Positions 8,913-18,839 of a DNA stretch of 43,299 bases are shown in pieces. The translations under genes and the position numbers were made by a program. The notes below the pieces were generated by a model. It made no database searches and had not been told where the DNA came from. It saw only the letters and a list, made by a program, of their open reading frames with translations. Every line of letters begins with the position of its first letter. The stretch's first letter is position 1. Location: NCBI GenBank assembly GCA_030668825.1, contig DAOVET010000013.1, positions 1 to 43,299 on the forward strand. The letters are read 5' to 3'. Origin of the DNA: Candidatus Heimdallarchaeota archaeon (GTDB lineage Archaea; Asgardarchaeota; Heimdallarchaeia; Heimdallarchaeales; Heimdallarchaeaceae).

Positions 8913-10580
8913 ATGAAGAGAATTAGATTAACATTGTTAGTACTAAGTATTATTTTTTTAAATATAGCGTTTTCTTCATTTGATGGTCACTATTTGGCAA
9001 AGGAAGATCAAAGCATCAATGAATTAGAGACTCCCATCTTTAACAATTCAGAACTGAGATGGTCATTTCTTTATGGGGGCATTAGTTCTTTCAGTATCCT
9101 ATGCTTCAATTCTTCCAAAACACTTGTAAAGGGGAATATATGCACTAATTATCCTTCTTCACCATTCCCAGCTAAATTGAAAAATCAATGTCTAAACAAC
9201 TACTCGAATTTAACATCTCATCCACCAATTAACATCCAATCTGATGAAGATTTCACTTCTCTTGGATTAAACAATTCTGGGAATATTGATGACCCGTTTA
9301 TCATTGAGAATCTATACATTAATGTAACTAGTGAGAACGAAATAGGAATAAACGTTAAGAATACATTAAAATTTTTTGTAATTAGAAATTGTTTGATAGA
9401 ATCTTACAATAGTTCAATAATAATTAACAACATAGCAGATAATTCTGCTTACATTTTTAATAACACTTTAATTCATAAATCAAACCTTAACCCTTCAGCA
9501 GGAATCCATTATAATGCTTCTGATGGTTCTATTATTGAAAAAAACGCCTGCAAGAATTTTCAATATGGTATAAAAGCTGAAATTGCTATTGACACTGTTA
9601 TTAAAGAAAACAAATGTTTGGGTTCTAAATATGGAATTTTTACTAATTATTGTTGCAATTTATCAATAATTAACAATCAATGTAGTAGAGGAATCTCTTT
9701 TTCTACAAGTAATCCAGCAGGAATACTATTATCAGAATCTCCAGAGAGTATAATTGAGCAAAACACTTGCAGTTACAACAAAATGGGGATTTCAATCTAT
9801 AATTCAAATCACACAATCATAAGGAAAAATAATTGTCACTATAACATATTCTGTAGTTGCTGGTCTAGTATTTTTTATCAAGACGCAGGGATAAGCATTT
9901 GTGTCTCACATAATTGTTCGATTGAGGAAAATAACTCTTATTCAAACTTCAAGGGTATTGGAATAATGGGAACCTCAAATTCCAACATTAGTAAGAACCT
10001 AGTTAGAGATAACTCAGATGGAATTGCTGCTTTAAGCATTGCAAATTCTAAGATTTATAACAATACTATTGAGAATAATGTTATGGGAATAGATATATCA
10101 AGTTGGTCCCATATGCTAACAGAGTTTAATGTAATCGAACATAATGTCATTAAAAATGGAGGATATGGGTTATTTTTATGGGGATGTTATAATAGTCAGA
10201 TAAAATCAAATGAGATTTCGAATAACAAAGGTTACGGAGCTTATCTGAATATTAATAATGAAGATAACGAAATTTATCACAACTATTTCACTAATAATAG
10301 CTATAAAAGAGAAGAAGAGTCAAAACAAGCTTGTGATAAAGGAGAAAGAAATTTCTGGTACAATAAGGAGATTAAGGAAGGAAATTATTGGGATGACCTT
10401 GAGGAGCTTGTATATAGAATAGATGGATCTGCAAATTCAGTTGATTTATACCCATTAAATAGTCCTCTTAGAGAAATAACCACAGAACCTTTTCTTCTGA
10501 CAGTAAGCTGTTTAATTTGCCTTTGCACATTAATTACAAGAAAAAAAAGAAAGAAGACTGATGAACTAACTAATCCATGA
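8913..10580 (+). CDS. Secreted parallel beta-helix (NosD-like) protein with C-terminal TM and basic tail
   Basis: Signal peptide, HPPINI.SDEDF...G..DDPFIIEN motif, N-x-C-x-x-N..GI repeats, GNYWDD...DLYPL, TM + RKKRKK. Confidence 0.85.
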   Translation: MKRIRLTLLVLSIIFLNIAFSSFDGHYLAKEDQSINELETPIFNNSELRWSFLYGGISSFSILCFNSSKTLVKGNICTNYPSSPFPAKLKNQCLNNYSNLTSHPPINIQSDEDFTSLGLNNSGNIDDPFIIENLYINVTSENEIGINVKNTLKFFVIRNCLIESYNSSIIINNIADNSAYIFNNTLIHKSNLNPSAGIHYNASDGSIIEKNACKNFQYGIKAEIAIDTVIKENKCLGSKYGIFTNYCCNLSIINNQCSRGISFSTSNPAGILLSESPESIIEQNTCSYNKMGISIYNSNHTIIRKNNCHYNIFCSCWSSIFYQDAGISICVSHNCSIEENNSYSNFKGIGIMGTSNSNISKNLVRDNSDGIAALSIANSKIYNNTIENNVMGIDISSWSHMLTEFNVIEHNVIKNGGYGLFLWGCYNSQIKSNEISNNKGYGAYLNINNEDNEIYHNYFTNNSYKREEESKQACDKGERNFWYNKEIKEGNYWDDLEELVYRIDGSANSVDLYPLNSPLREITTEPFLLTVSCLICLCTLITRKKRKKTDELTNP

Positions 10581-10652
10581 TGAAGTTAAAATTACATTAC
10601 TAGAAAAAAGTCTACAAGATTTAAATAATTGAATTCAAACTAAACATATAAG

Positions 10653-11360
10653 ATGATAGAATCAAAGGATAAGATGAAAATCAAGAAATTTCTTCTAGCA
10701 GCAGGAATCAGTTTTATTCTATATCCAATTCTGGAAGTAGTGTTTGGATTTACATCTTATCTGTGGAGTGGAGAATTCTATTTAATCATATATCTTCCAA
10801 CAAAATTTTGTTTTATATTAGGGTTAATCTTCACTTTGCTGATCATCAACATTCTGAGAAAAAATGAGAGTATAAATTCTAATCTTTATATAACCACTTT
10901 TGTATCCCTATCTGTTCTGACTGCATTCTTTACCATTCAGTTTATAATTTTAGCACCATTAGGAATACTATCACATAGTTACTTCCTGTTTCTTGCACCT
11001 ATGACCACAGGAGGGCAGGTATATTTTACCTACCCATATGGAATAGAAACGTTCATCCCTATGATTTTCATAGAAGGGATAGCTTTTACAGGAATATATC
11101 TAATTGCAAATGAACTTGATAAGAAAAAGAGTAACAGAATCATACTATTTCAAGGATGGAATAAAACAATTTTCTTCACATTATTTGTAATCCTATCGTA
11201 TTCAATCCCATTGGAAATTAATGGAAGCTCATTACCACGTCACATAATTCATATCGTTTCAAATTCAGTATATCTGTTAGTAAGCTTATTAGCAACAATA
11301 ATTCTTGGGGTTTTTATTATAATCAAAACAAAGGGAATAGAAGTTAAAGCTGCAAAATAG
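10653..11360 (+). CDS. Polytopic membrane protein, unknown function
   Basis: About six hydrophobic helices. Confidence 0.65.
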   Translation: MIESKDKMKIKKFLLAAGISFILYPILEVVFGFTSYLWSGEFYLIIYLPTKFCFILGLIFTLLIINILRKNESINSNLYITTFVSLSVLTAFFTIQFIILAPLGILSHSYFLFLAPMTTGGQVYFTYPYGIETFIPMIFIEGIAFTGIYLIANELDKKKSNRIILFQGWNKTIFFTLFVILSYSIPLEINGSSLPRHIIHIVSNSVYLLVSLLATIILGVFIIIKTKGIEVKAAK

Positions 11361-11473
11361 TAGATTTATTCTTTTCAGCGTAGATAATATTTCCAACTGT
11401 AAAGCAGTAGGTAGAAAATTCTCCCGCTTGTAAATCAATTTGCTGCTTAATTGTGGCAGCTTTAAAAAGATTA

Positions 11474-11500
11474 TCCGAGTTTAAAAATCCTTTAACAAAT
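11474..11500 (+). promoter_or_regulatory. Conserved upstream motif shared with 12544-12570
   Basis: TCCGAGTTTAA...AACAAAT, 21/27 identical, 109 bp and 111 bp upstream of two paralogous genes. Confidence 0.45.
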
Positions 11501-11582
11501 TAACAGTTTAAAAAAACATATATTTATTAACTTGGATAAGCTAGCATCTTATTGCACTTAAATTTCAATCGAGGTAATAAAT

Positions 11583-12404
11583 ATGTTAAACTCAGATATT
11601 AATAAGAAATCGATGTCCCCTGTTCTTATTGTAAATGGACTGCTATTAGCTATAGCTGGAGGAATCACTCTACATCTAGCTATAATTAATACTCTTTCAT
11701 CAGGTTACATGAGTTATGGTGAAGCTTTAACTGGGACAATTTGTTCTTACGCTGGTATTGCTTTTCTTATTGTTCCAATTGCTATAATCGGAAGTCTTTA
11801 CACAAAAAATAAAAAAACAACTAACACAGCAATCGTTTTACTGCTCATTTTTATTGGAGTTGATCTATTTGTAAGTCTCACTCCCAGTATAGCATCTTGG
11901 GGAGGTGGGTGGGGAGGATTAGCAGTCCTTGCTATTTACGGTATATTTAGAGGAATAACATTTCAAACAGCAAATAGAGGGTTAAAAGTACCAGCAAGAG
12001 GATATGGAAATGGCTTTCTGACTCTTTATGGTTGGTCTTATATGACAACATTTGTTGTATCATTTGTTTTAACTATGATAGCAGTGAGTACTTGGAATCC
12101 GGCTTTATTGCTAGCTGCTTACTATACCTTAATAGCTCAGGTATACATAGATGGAATATGTCTTGGTGCTGTAGGACTGAAATTCTTGGTAGATGCATCT
12201 AACAAGCCTGAGATAAGCAGGAAAATAACTCCATTTGGAACTGGTGTACCAGCTAGTGATGGAAGATATCAACCAATAAGAACAGAAGAAATAGCTACAA
12301 AAGTAGAAACTACAGAATCAGTTGCTAAATACTGTACATATTGTGGGGCTAAGATTTTCGATGTAGGGAAATTCTGTGAAAATTGTGGACAATCACTAAC
12401 CTAA
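11583..12404 (+). CDS. Polytopic membrane protein with C-terminal double zinc ribbon
   Basis: About 6 TM, then YCTYCG...FCENCG; gaggt SD upstream. Confidence 0.8.
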   Translation: MLNSDINKKSMSPVLIVNGLLLAIAGGITLHLAIINTLSSGYMSYGEALTGTICSYAGIAFLIVPIAIIGSLYTKNKKTTNTAIVLLLIFIGVDLFVSLTPSIASWGGGWGGLAVLAIYGIFRGITFQTANRGLKVPARGYGNGFLTLYGWSYMTTFVVSFVLTMIAVSTWNPALLLAAYYTLIAQVYIDGICLGAVGLKFLVDASNKPEISRKITPFGTGVPASDGRYQPIRTEEIATKVETTESVAKYCTYCGAKIFDVGKFCENCGQSLT

Positions 12405-12543
12405 TTTTTTTTATTTTCATATTTTGAATTTAATATTGTATTTATAGAGTTTAGTCTATCAGTACCACTAGTTTTAGGTATATACTTGATAATTAAGTGT
12501 AGGGAAACAAAGAAAGAGTAAGGCTGGAATTGACTATCTATTC

Positions 12544-12570
12544 TCCGAGTTTAACATTTTTCAAACAAAT
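12544..12570 (+). promoter_or_regulatory. Second copy of the upstream motif
   Basis: tccgagtttaacatttttcaaacaaat; see 11474. Confidence 0.45.
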
Positions 12571-12654
12571 CTTATTTGAAAATCATTAAATTTTGACTAA
12601 TTTCTTAAGGAAGATTTTCAAAATTACAACAGATTTTAACTAGAGGGTCTTCAA

Positions 12655-13540
12655 ATGAGTAAACCAACATTCATAGGTAGAATAAATCCAAGAGTGTTTT
12701 TCTTAATCAATGGCTTGCTTTTTGCTACAATGTCAATTCTAGCTTGGTTTTCGTCAACTGTGATTTATTATTGGCTTCCCGTACTCCCAATTGTTGGAGA
12801 TGCTCTGGCTTTAAGCTCATTTATAGTCTATAATATTGCAATTGTTTCCCTATTCATAACCATCTACATTTTACATCCTGAACCCATGGAGTTGAAGAGA
12901 TACAAAATGCCTATAATCTCAGTGGGGATATTCTTTGCGATTTTGTTGGCACTAAATAACGTTGTAATGTTTGTAGATTTTTCAGAGAGTGTTGTTCTAG
13001 TTTACTTGATTGTACTACTTGCTTTCTCAGCTGTACAAGTGCTCATTTTCTTGTGGATTATATGGATATTGAAATCAAGGGCAACAGGATATCTCAACGG
13101 TGTTTTACTTTTGTATGGCTCGTTTCATCTACTGAACAGTATGGTGTTTTATGTGCTTTATCCTATATCTCAAAACCCTTCAGTTCAATTAACTGATCCC
13201 AACAGAGCTATAAGATACTACTTCGCTTCAATGGATCTTCTAATGGTTCAAGGGTATATTGAGTTTGGAAGTTATGCAATTATAGCATTACTATTTTTCA
13301 TTGATACAATACGAAAACCAATGATGAGTGAAATAAGTGTAGAAAGAGTAACTAAGAAAGGAAAAACATATATTGAAAAGAAGAAAAGTACCATTGAAAC
13401 AACAAGCTCAGGTTATATGGAATACATAGATAAAGCTCATACATCAGAGGAAAAGGATATAGTTTATTGTAAAAAATTGTGGAGCAATAAACACAGATGT
13501 AGATGAGCAATGTTTCAGCTGTAAAACGAGTCTAAAATAA
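12655..13540 (+). CDS. Paralogue of 11583: membrane protein whose C-terminal zinc ribbon is frameshifted
   Basis: Shared NGLL, GY.NG.L.LYG, Q.YI and F..D...KP motifs. Removing one A from A6 (13471-13476) restores YCKNCG...QCFSCKTSLK* (TAA 13538-13540). Confidence 0.75.
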
Positions 13541-13556
13541 TAGAGGATGTGCTTAA

Positions 13557-14318
13557 TTGGAACTAGAAGCAAGTAAGAACGAACAACTTACAATAAATAG
13601 ATTAAGATTTCTAGAAACAACCTCAATTCAATATAGTTACATAATTATGTTTGTAATCGGAGGATTAGTTCTGATATCTGGAATTATCTTATCTCAGTTG
13701 GATCTAAGTGGTGAAGCTGCTGGTAAAATTTTTTATCCTATAACAAGCATTGAACGTTTCTTAATCAAAATAATGTACTTCGGAGTTATCTTTTTCTTAT
13801 CTCTAAATTTCGTTAAAGTTAGCAAATGGTCGGAATGGGAAGAACCAGTTCCTATAGCCAGAAATATAACTAAAATTTCAGCAGTGTTCTCTTCTACCTG
13901 TCTGTTCATAATGAATATAGTCTACTACATTTACTATGATATCTTTAATTTCGAATATATGATAAGTATTGGAGGGGATTATGATGCATGGAGGAGGGGT
14001 CACATGATAGCAGGTGCCTTAGGTTTAGTCATATTGGTTTTCTTATGCTTGCTTATAGTTTCACTATTTGCAGGAATAATTGTAGAATTAATCCATAATA
14101 GAAATGTAAGAAGAATAGATTATAGACCAGCAATATTAGCAATAGCAATAGTAATTGTATATACATTCATGTTTTATGGAGGTAGAATTTCAGGTCGGCT
14201 TACTTATACTTGGGGTTGGAATGTTGGTTTATTTGTCTCCAGATTAGTACACGCAACACTTTTTTTCATAAATGGAACGATTTTTCTCCTTCTGGATATG
14301 AAGCAAAAGAAGAAATAA
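13557..14318 (+). CDS. Polytopic membrane protein, unknown function
   Basis: About six hydrophobic helices; TTG start with gagga upstream. Confidence 0.65.
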   Translation: MELEASKNEQLTINRLRFLETTSIQYSYIIMFVIGGLVLISGIILSQLDLSGEAAGKIFYPITSIERFLIKIMYFGVIFFLSLNFVKVSKWSEWEEPVPIARNITKISAVFSSTCLFIMNIVYYIYYDIFNFEYMISIGGDYDAWRRGHMIAGALGLVILVFLCLLIVSLFAGIIVELIHNRNVRRIDYRPAILAIAIVIVYTFMFYGGRISGRLTYTWGWNVGLFVSRLVHATLFFINGTIFLLLDMKQKKK

Positions 14319-14402
14319 GTGTTGTAAGGCAGGAGTTGATTTTTAAAATTTTTCCTCGAGTTTATAAATCAATTTGCAAATTAACTTGTTGGTGAAAGAC
14401 AC

Positions 14403-15557
14403 ATGGCTTCGTCTACATCCACGAAACAAGTAATAATAAGTAAAAACGACCAAAAAGATTTTTTGACAGAATGTGTTGATATTGCAATAGGAGAAGAAAC
14501 AGGATCTCCTTATATGATAGGACTAGCAGCTGAGAAAGGGATAAAGAAAGGGGATATAAACAGCTGGGAAGAATTAGCAGAACAATTTGGAGCAACAGAT
14601 CCAAATATATTTAGAGATAAATCAGTAATGTTTACAACAACAAAATGGGCACATGAATACTACGCAAAGCACCCAGGAACAGAAATGCAGGTAGCTGAAA
14701 CAGGAGGAACTACAGGGGCTCCTAAAAAAAACATACTTTTTGCAAATACCCTTAGAAACGACTTTGACAACATGGATTATTTTAGTCTTGATACAGATAC
14801 TTTCAATGTCTTAGCTAAAGTCTGTGAAGGTCAGTTCGAAGATTTTGGTATTCCTAGAGATTTAACCTACCTTGCAACTGTCCCTACAGGTCCCCACACT
14901 ATTGGTAAGTGGACTCTGAAGAGCTTTGAACGCGATTTCGCTAAATCCGTCTTTATGATAGACATGGACCCACGGTTTGTGAAAGTTGCAATGATGACAG
15001 ACCCCAAGATTGGTGGGATGTATATGCAACATTTGCAAGACCAAGTTGGACGTCTAGTCAAACAAGAATTTCCATTTATAACTGGTATGTTCACAACTGG
15101 TGTGCTCATCGAAAAGATGTTCCCACTGATCCAAAGTCTAAAAGAAAAAGGAAACCTTCAAGCTATCGTACATGGCGGAACACCCCTTTCTAATGAGACT
15201 CTAAAAATTCTCAGAGAAGATATGGGCTTGAAAGTTTGTGGGTTCTATGGCCAGTCACTTTTCGGTACTGCCTTCGAATCTCCGGATCATGAAGGGTATC
15301 ACATCGACTACTATCCCCATCCTCGTATGAACATGTTTGTTATTGATAATCCTACTAACATCTCTACTCGAGTTAACTATGGTGAACAAGGTACTGTTGT
15401 CAGCCAAAGAATCAGTCCTGAGACAGTAATTCCAGCTTTGATACAGACAGGTGATTTAGCTACTCTGATTAAACCAAAAGGTAAGTTTGCTTACGCTGAT
15501 GGAGTTCGAGATCCTCATAGAGACTTAACTGGTAATCAACAAATGGGCGTGTATTAG
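14403..15557 (+). CDS. EhpF/GriC-like adenylate-forming enzyme (ANL/PaaK-related superfamily)
   Basis: ETGGTTGAPK P-loop-like motif, PTGPH, IDMDPRFVK, HGGT, FYGQS, GDLA. Confidence 0.7.
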   Translation: MASSTSTKQVIISKNDQKDFLTECVDIAIGEETGSPYMIGLAAEKGIKKGDINSWEELAEQFGATDPNIFRDKSVMFTTTKWAHEYYAKHPGTEMQVAETGGTTGAPKKNILFANTLRNDFDNMDYFSLDTDTFNVLAKVCEGQFEDFGIPRDLTYLATVPTGPHTIGKWTLKSFERDFAKSVFMIDMDPRFVKVAMMTDPKIGGMYMQHLQDQVGRLVKQEFPFITGMFTTGVLIEKMFPLIQSLKEKGNLQAIVHGGTPLSNETLKILREDMGLKVCGFYGQSLFGTAFESPDHEGYHIDYYPHPRMNMFVIDNPTNISTRVNYGEQGTVVSQRISPETVIPALIQTGDLATLIKPKGKFAYADGVRDPHRDLTGNQQMGVY

Positions 15558-15577
15558 ATCCTACAATATTCATTTTT

Positions 15578-15596
15578 TCAACCTTAAGGAGGTTGA
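15578..15596. repeat. Family B palindrome, copy 1
   Basis: TCAACCT-TAAGG-AGGTTGA followed by a T-rich tract; contains the stop codon of 15584..16291. Confidence 0.9.
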
Positions 15597-16291
15597 TTAT
15601 TTCTTTTTCTTTTAATGATTACTCGAAAGATTGCCACACAAATGAATAAGATAATAACTGAGCTGAATTCTCCACTTGCTAGATCTAATCCTCCAATAAA
15701 TTCTACATCTATAGTATATTCTATTTCATATACATCTATGTAACCATAAAAAGACTTTTCCCTTAAAATACCTGTATCTTCATGTACTTTGATGTCATTG
15801 GTAAATTCATCAGCCCCAGTTCCAGTACGAGTTTTTATTACTAAATTACCTCCTTTACGTGATATCTCATACTTTGGAGGGTTCTCTATGTTTTGTTTAA
15901 AGTACTCATAGTAAGTAAATGATTCTCCGCCAATAACTCTGATAATAGGGTAGATGTAGGAACCTATTAGCTGGCACATAGTTGCTGAAATTACAGATGC
16001 TGAAATTGGAGATGTTGAAACAGCAGAATAATCAAAGTATGCACCATAGTCTCCTTCATTTAGAGTTACATCTTCCACATCTTGAAGTACTGTTATGGTA
16101 ATTTTACTCGTATCAGTTGTTATAGGATTAAGATGTAGATTTTTTAAAACATAATTCCATTCTAGAACAGTTCCTGCTACAAGATCAGATGAATAATAGT
16201 TGCCATTATCTAGAGCTTCTACTAAGTTAAAGCTACTCATTACTGAAAGCATTAGAAAGAATACTAGAATTTTTACTTTTGTAATTCGCAT
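15584..16291 (-). CDS. Secreted protein with C-terminal TM/sorting tail
   Basis: Signal peptide ending VEA; GEF + hydrophobic helix + KRKR. Confidence 0.75.
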   Translation of the reverse strand: MRITKVKILVFFLMLSVMSSFNLVEALDNGNYYSSDLVAGTVLEWNYVLKNLHLNPITTDTSKITITVLQDVEDVTLNEGDYGAYFDYSAVSTSPISASVISATMCQLIGSYIYPIIRVIGGESFTYYEYFKQNIENPPKYEISRKGGNLVIKTRTGTGADEFTNDIKVHEDTGILREKSFYGYIDVYEIEYTIDVEFIGGLDLASGEFSSVIILFICVAIFRVIIKRKRNNQPP

Positions 16292-16544
16292 AGCTAAGAA
16301 TATTTACAGCTTTTATAAGCTTATTGTAAATTCTTCATCTTAAGACGCTTAAAGTGATTCTTTATCCCCCTAAAATTTATAAACTGCAATTCTTATAACA
16401 TAAGGAATTCTTAAAGATAAATCTAGAATTTGATTAAAACTGTCCAAAAGATTCTAGCTATAGTTGCATTAGTCTATACTATAAACGATTTAAAAAATCA
16501 AGAATGAATTTACATAAAATCATTTATGATTTAGCTTCTCACAA

Positions 16545-16566
16545 AGGTTGATTTTTCTTTCTTTTT
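16545..16566. repeat. Family B right half (copy 2)
   Basis: AGGTTGATTTTTCTTTCTTTTT, just 3' of the minus-strand gene ending at 16574. Confidence 0.6.
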
Positions 16567-16573
16567 ATGGGTT

Positions 16574-16975
16574 TTATACTGTGCTAGTTTGTGTTGTTTT
16601 TGTTTGCCCAACTAGTGACCATATTCCTCCTGATAGAATAAACAATCCTCCTGCTCCTCCAGTTATGAAACCGATAATTATTAGTATTACTGCTATTATT
16701 GTAATATCCTTAATCCACGGACCTGTTTTCATTTTCTTCTGTAACCAATCCCATACCAGGAAGAGAACTAATATTCCTAAAAGAAACATTATCAAACCAT
16801 TCAACCAATAGATTCCGGTGAAAGAAAGAAATGACATTCCTCCTACTACTTCCAAGCCTCTAGCAGCTTTCGCTTCAGCGATAATGGTTAATAAACCCTG
16901 TATCACAAGAATAAATCCACCAGTCAATGAATTTATTCTTCCGCAAGTTAATCCGCATGTTCTTTCATTTATCAT
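16574..16975 (-). CDS. Small membrane protein
   Basis: Three to four Gly-rich hydrophobic helices. Confidence 0.65.
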   Translation of the reverse strand: MINERTCGLTCGRINSLTGGFILVIQGLLTIIAEAKAARGLEVVGGMSFLSFTGIYWLNGLIMFLLGILVLFLVWDWLQKKMKTGPWIKDITIIAVILIIIGFITGGAGGLFILSGGIWSLVGQTKTTQTSTV

Positions 16976-17081
16976 ATAAATTCATTAATTATAAGGTATA
17001 TAAATTTACAGCAAAACACCTATCTTAATTAGCTAACAGAGCTCAACAATCTTATAGATAGAGTTGTAAAGAGCTTGGTTT

Positions 17082-17100
17082 TCAACCTTAGGGAGATTGA
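17082..17100. repeat. Family B palindrome, copy 3
   Basis: TCAACCT-TAGGG-AGATTGA + tttttcttttc. Confidence 0.9.
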
Positions 17101-17135
17101 TTTTTCTTTTCTTTTGTTGATTTATTTCTTACAGA

Positions 17136-17549
17136 TTACAATATTCTGACGAATTTCTTATATTCTTTCGGAGTTTTTTTCAATAATTTCTCATCTGCCG
17201 TGATCAATTTCCCTTCTCTTATTCTTGCTAGAGCTACACATACCGAATCATACAAGGAGAGTTCACTCTTCATAGATATTTCTATAGACTTACCTGCTAG
17301 TTCTTTGTCAAATGTGAAGAATTCTATTCCATAATTTATTATTATATCAAAAATCCTTTCTATTTCTTCTTGATTATGTAACTTGATATATTTTAGAGCA
17401 TTCAAAACTTCGTATAAAATCAGATTTGGTGCAATTAAATCAAATTTTCCTTTAATATAATTGTCCCTTATTTCTATTGCAGATTCAGATTTTATTTCAT
17501 TTACGAACCATTTAATTAATACACTTGCATCAATCACTAGGAGTTCCAT
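17136..17549 (-). CDS. vapC: VapC PIN-domain toxin
   Basis: VIDASVLIKW, YEVLNAL, SLYDS, LITAD acidic PIN residues. Confidence 0.9.
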   Translation of the reverse strand: MELLVIDASVLIKWFVNEIKSESAIEIRDNYIKGKFDLIAPNLILYEVLNALKYIKLHNQEEIERIFDIIINYGIEFFTFDKELAGKSIEISMKSELSLYDSVCVALARIREGKLITADEKLLKKTPKEYKKFVRIL

Positions 17550-17775
17550 ATCTATTATCTCTCCAATTGCGGATTAGTTCTGTTGAATCCCACTTTGAGG
17601 GAGCATCTTTTCTCAATTCCTCGTTTGAAAGAAGAGCTTCTGCAATATTTTTATTTTCTTCCTGATTTATTATCTTTAAAATAACTTCTCTAAGCTCTTC
17701 ACTCCAGTTAATATGGCTTAATTTCTTCATTTTCCTCTTTATCTCATCAGGTACTCGAACACTAATTGATGTCAT
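17530..17775 (-). CDS. vapB: VapB-type ribbon-helix-helix antitoxin
   Basis: MTSISVRVPDEIKRKM...NWSEELRE...STELIR..RD; overlaps the vapC start. ATG 17775 preferred over 17838, which falls inside a family B site. Confidence 0.85.
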   Translation of the reverse strand: MTSISVRVPDEIKRKMKKLSHINWSEELREVILKIINQEENKNIAEALLSNEELRKDAPSKWDSTELIRNWRDNRYGTPSD

Positions 17776-17834
17776 TGTATATACGGTATGACATGTCGTA
17801 CATATATTTTTCTGTTCGAAATATTCTCGTTTTT

Positions 17835-17853
17835 TCAACCTTAGGGAGGTTGA
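17835..17853. repeat. Family B palindrome, copy 4
   Basis: TCAACCT-TAGGG-AGGTTGA + gttttcttttc; upstream aatattc..tttttt is shared with copy 1. Confidence 0.9.
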
Positions 17854-17908
17854 GTTTTCTTTTCTTATTTGATTTGTAAAACTAATAGAAACTATTATTT
17901 ATGATTAT

Positions 17909-18370
17909 ATGTATATTCTCTTGAGAAACATGACTATATCTAACCAAGAGGAAGCTCTCTCAAAGTTAGTTGAATCTTTAAAGAACAACTTATCTCCACT
18001 ATTTAAAGATTATAATGTATCTTTTGCCTATTTTAGTGGTTCCTGGGTTAGAGGTCAGCAAGGTGTTTTAAGCGATATAGATATCTTTGTTTCTTTCCCT
18101 TCTCTTGATACAATTTCCCCTAAAGAAATAGTAATTCTTTTTAGTGATTTCTCCCGAAAAGCAAGTGAGGTTACAAAGCAAGATAATCTCGAAATCACAA
18201 TTCTAGAGAGAACACCTCTACATGTACAATTTCAAGCAATTAAAGATGGGATATTGCTTTATGAGGAAACCAAAAATGTTCGAATAAAATTCATAGAAAA
18301 TCTCTTAAAATACTATTATGATCACAAAATTTGGTTTCAAAACTATCTTAGTCAAGCAGTAGACGGATGA
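17909..18370 (+). CDS. mntA: Minimal nucleotidyltransferase (MntA-type antitoxin)
   Basis: FAYFSGSWVRG....SDIDI motif; AIKDGILLYE. Confidence 0.85.
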   Translation: MYILLRNMTISNQEEALSKLVESLKNNLSPLFKDYNVSFAYFSGSWVRGQQGVLSDIDIFVSFPSLDTISPKEIVILFSDFSRKASEVTKQDNLEITILERTPLHVQFQAIKDGILLYEETKNVRIKFIENLLKYYYDHKIWFQNYLSQAVDG

Positions 18371-18376
18371 AAATTT

Positions 18377-18805
18377 ATGGCAGTTAATTCTGATTTCCTT
18401 AAAGAAAAATTAGCTTATAGCAAAAAATACATTGAAAGACTCAGGAGAATTATTGAGATTTCTGAAAAAATATTTCTAGATGATTTTTCTCTTCAACTAG
18501 AGTCTGAAAGGATTTTTGAAGTTATTTCCCAAATAATGCTTGATATCTGTACTCATATTATCGCTCATTCAAGCGAAACTCCTCCCTCTTCATATTCTGA
18601 TTGCATGAATAAATTAGTAGATGTTGGGGTTATAAAAGAGGATGAATCAAATAATTTTATTAATATTATAAAAATGAGAAATTTGCTGGTTCATCAATAT
18701 GGAATAATTAATCTAGAAATTCTTTTTGCAAGTTTAAAAATGTTAGATTCTGACTTCGTAAAATTCAAAGAAATAATACTCTCTTGGATAGAGAAGCAAA
18801 AGTAA
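18377..18805 (+). CDS. hepT: HEPN (DUF86/HepT-type) RNase toxin
   Basis: ER.FE...Q..LDI, P.SYSD, RNLLVHQY (R-X4-H-x-Y). Confidence 0.88.
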   Translation: MAVNSDFLKEKLAYSKKYIERLRRIIEISEKIFLDDFSLQLESERIFEVISQIMLDICTHIIAHSSETPPSSYSDCMNKLVDVGVIKEDESNNFINIIKMRNLLVHQYGIINLEILFASLKMLDSDFVKFKEIILSWIEKQK

Positions 18806-18839
18806 TCCAGACAAACAAGAACTTAAAATCTAATTCTGA

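Noticed and set aside
17776-17838. N-terminal extension of vapB given in the ORF track
   Set aside because: The TTG start falls inside family B copy 4; RHH homology starts at ATG 17775.
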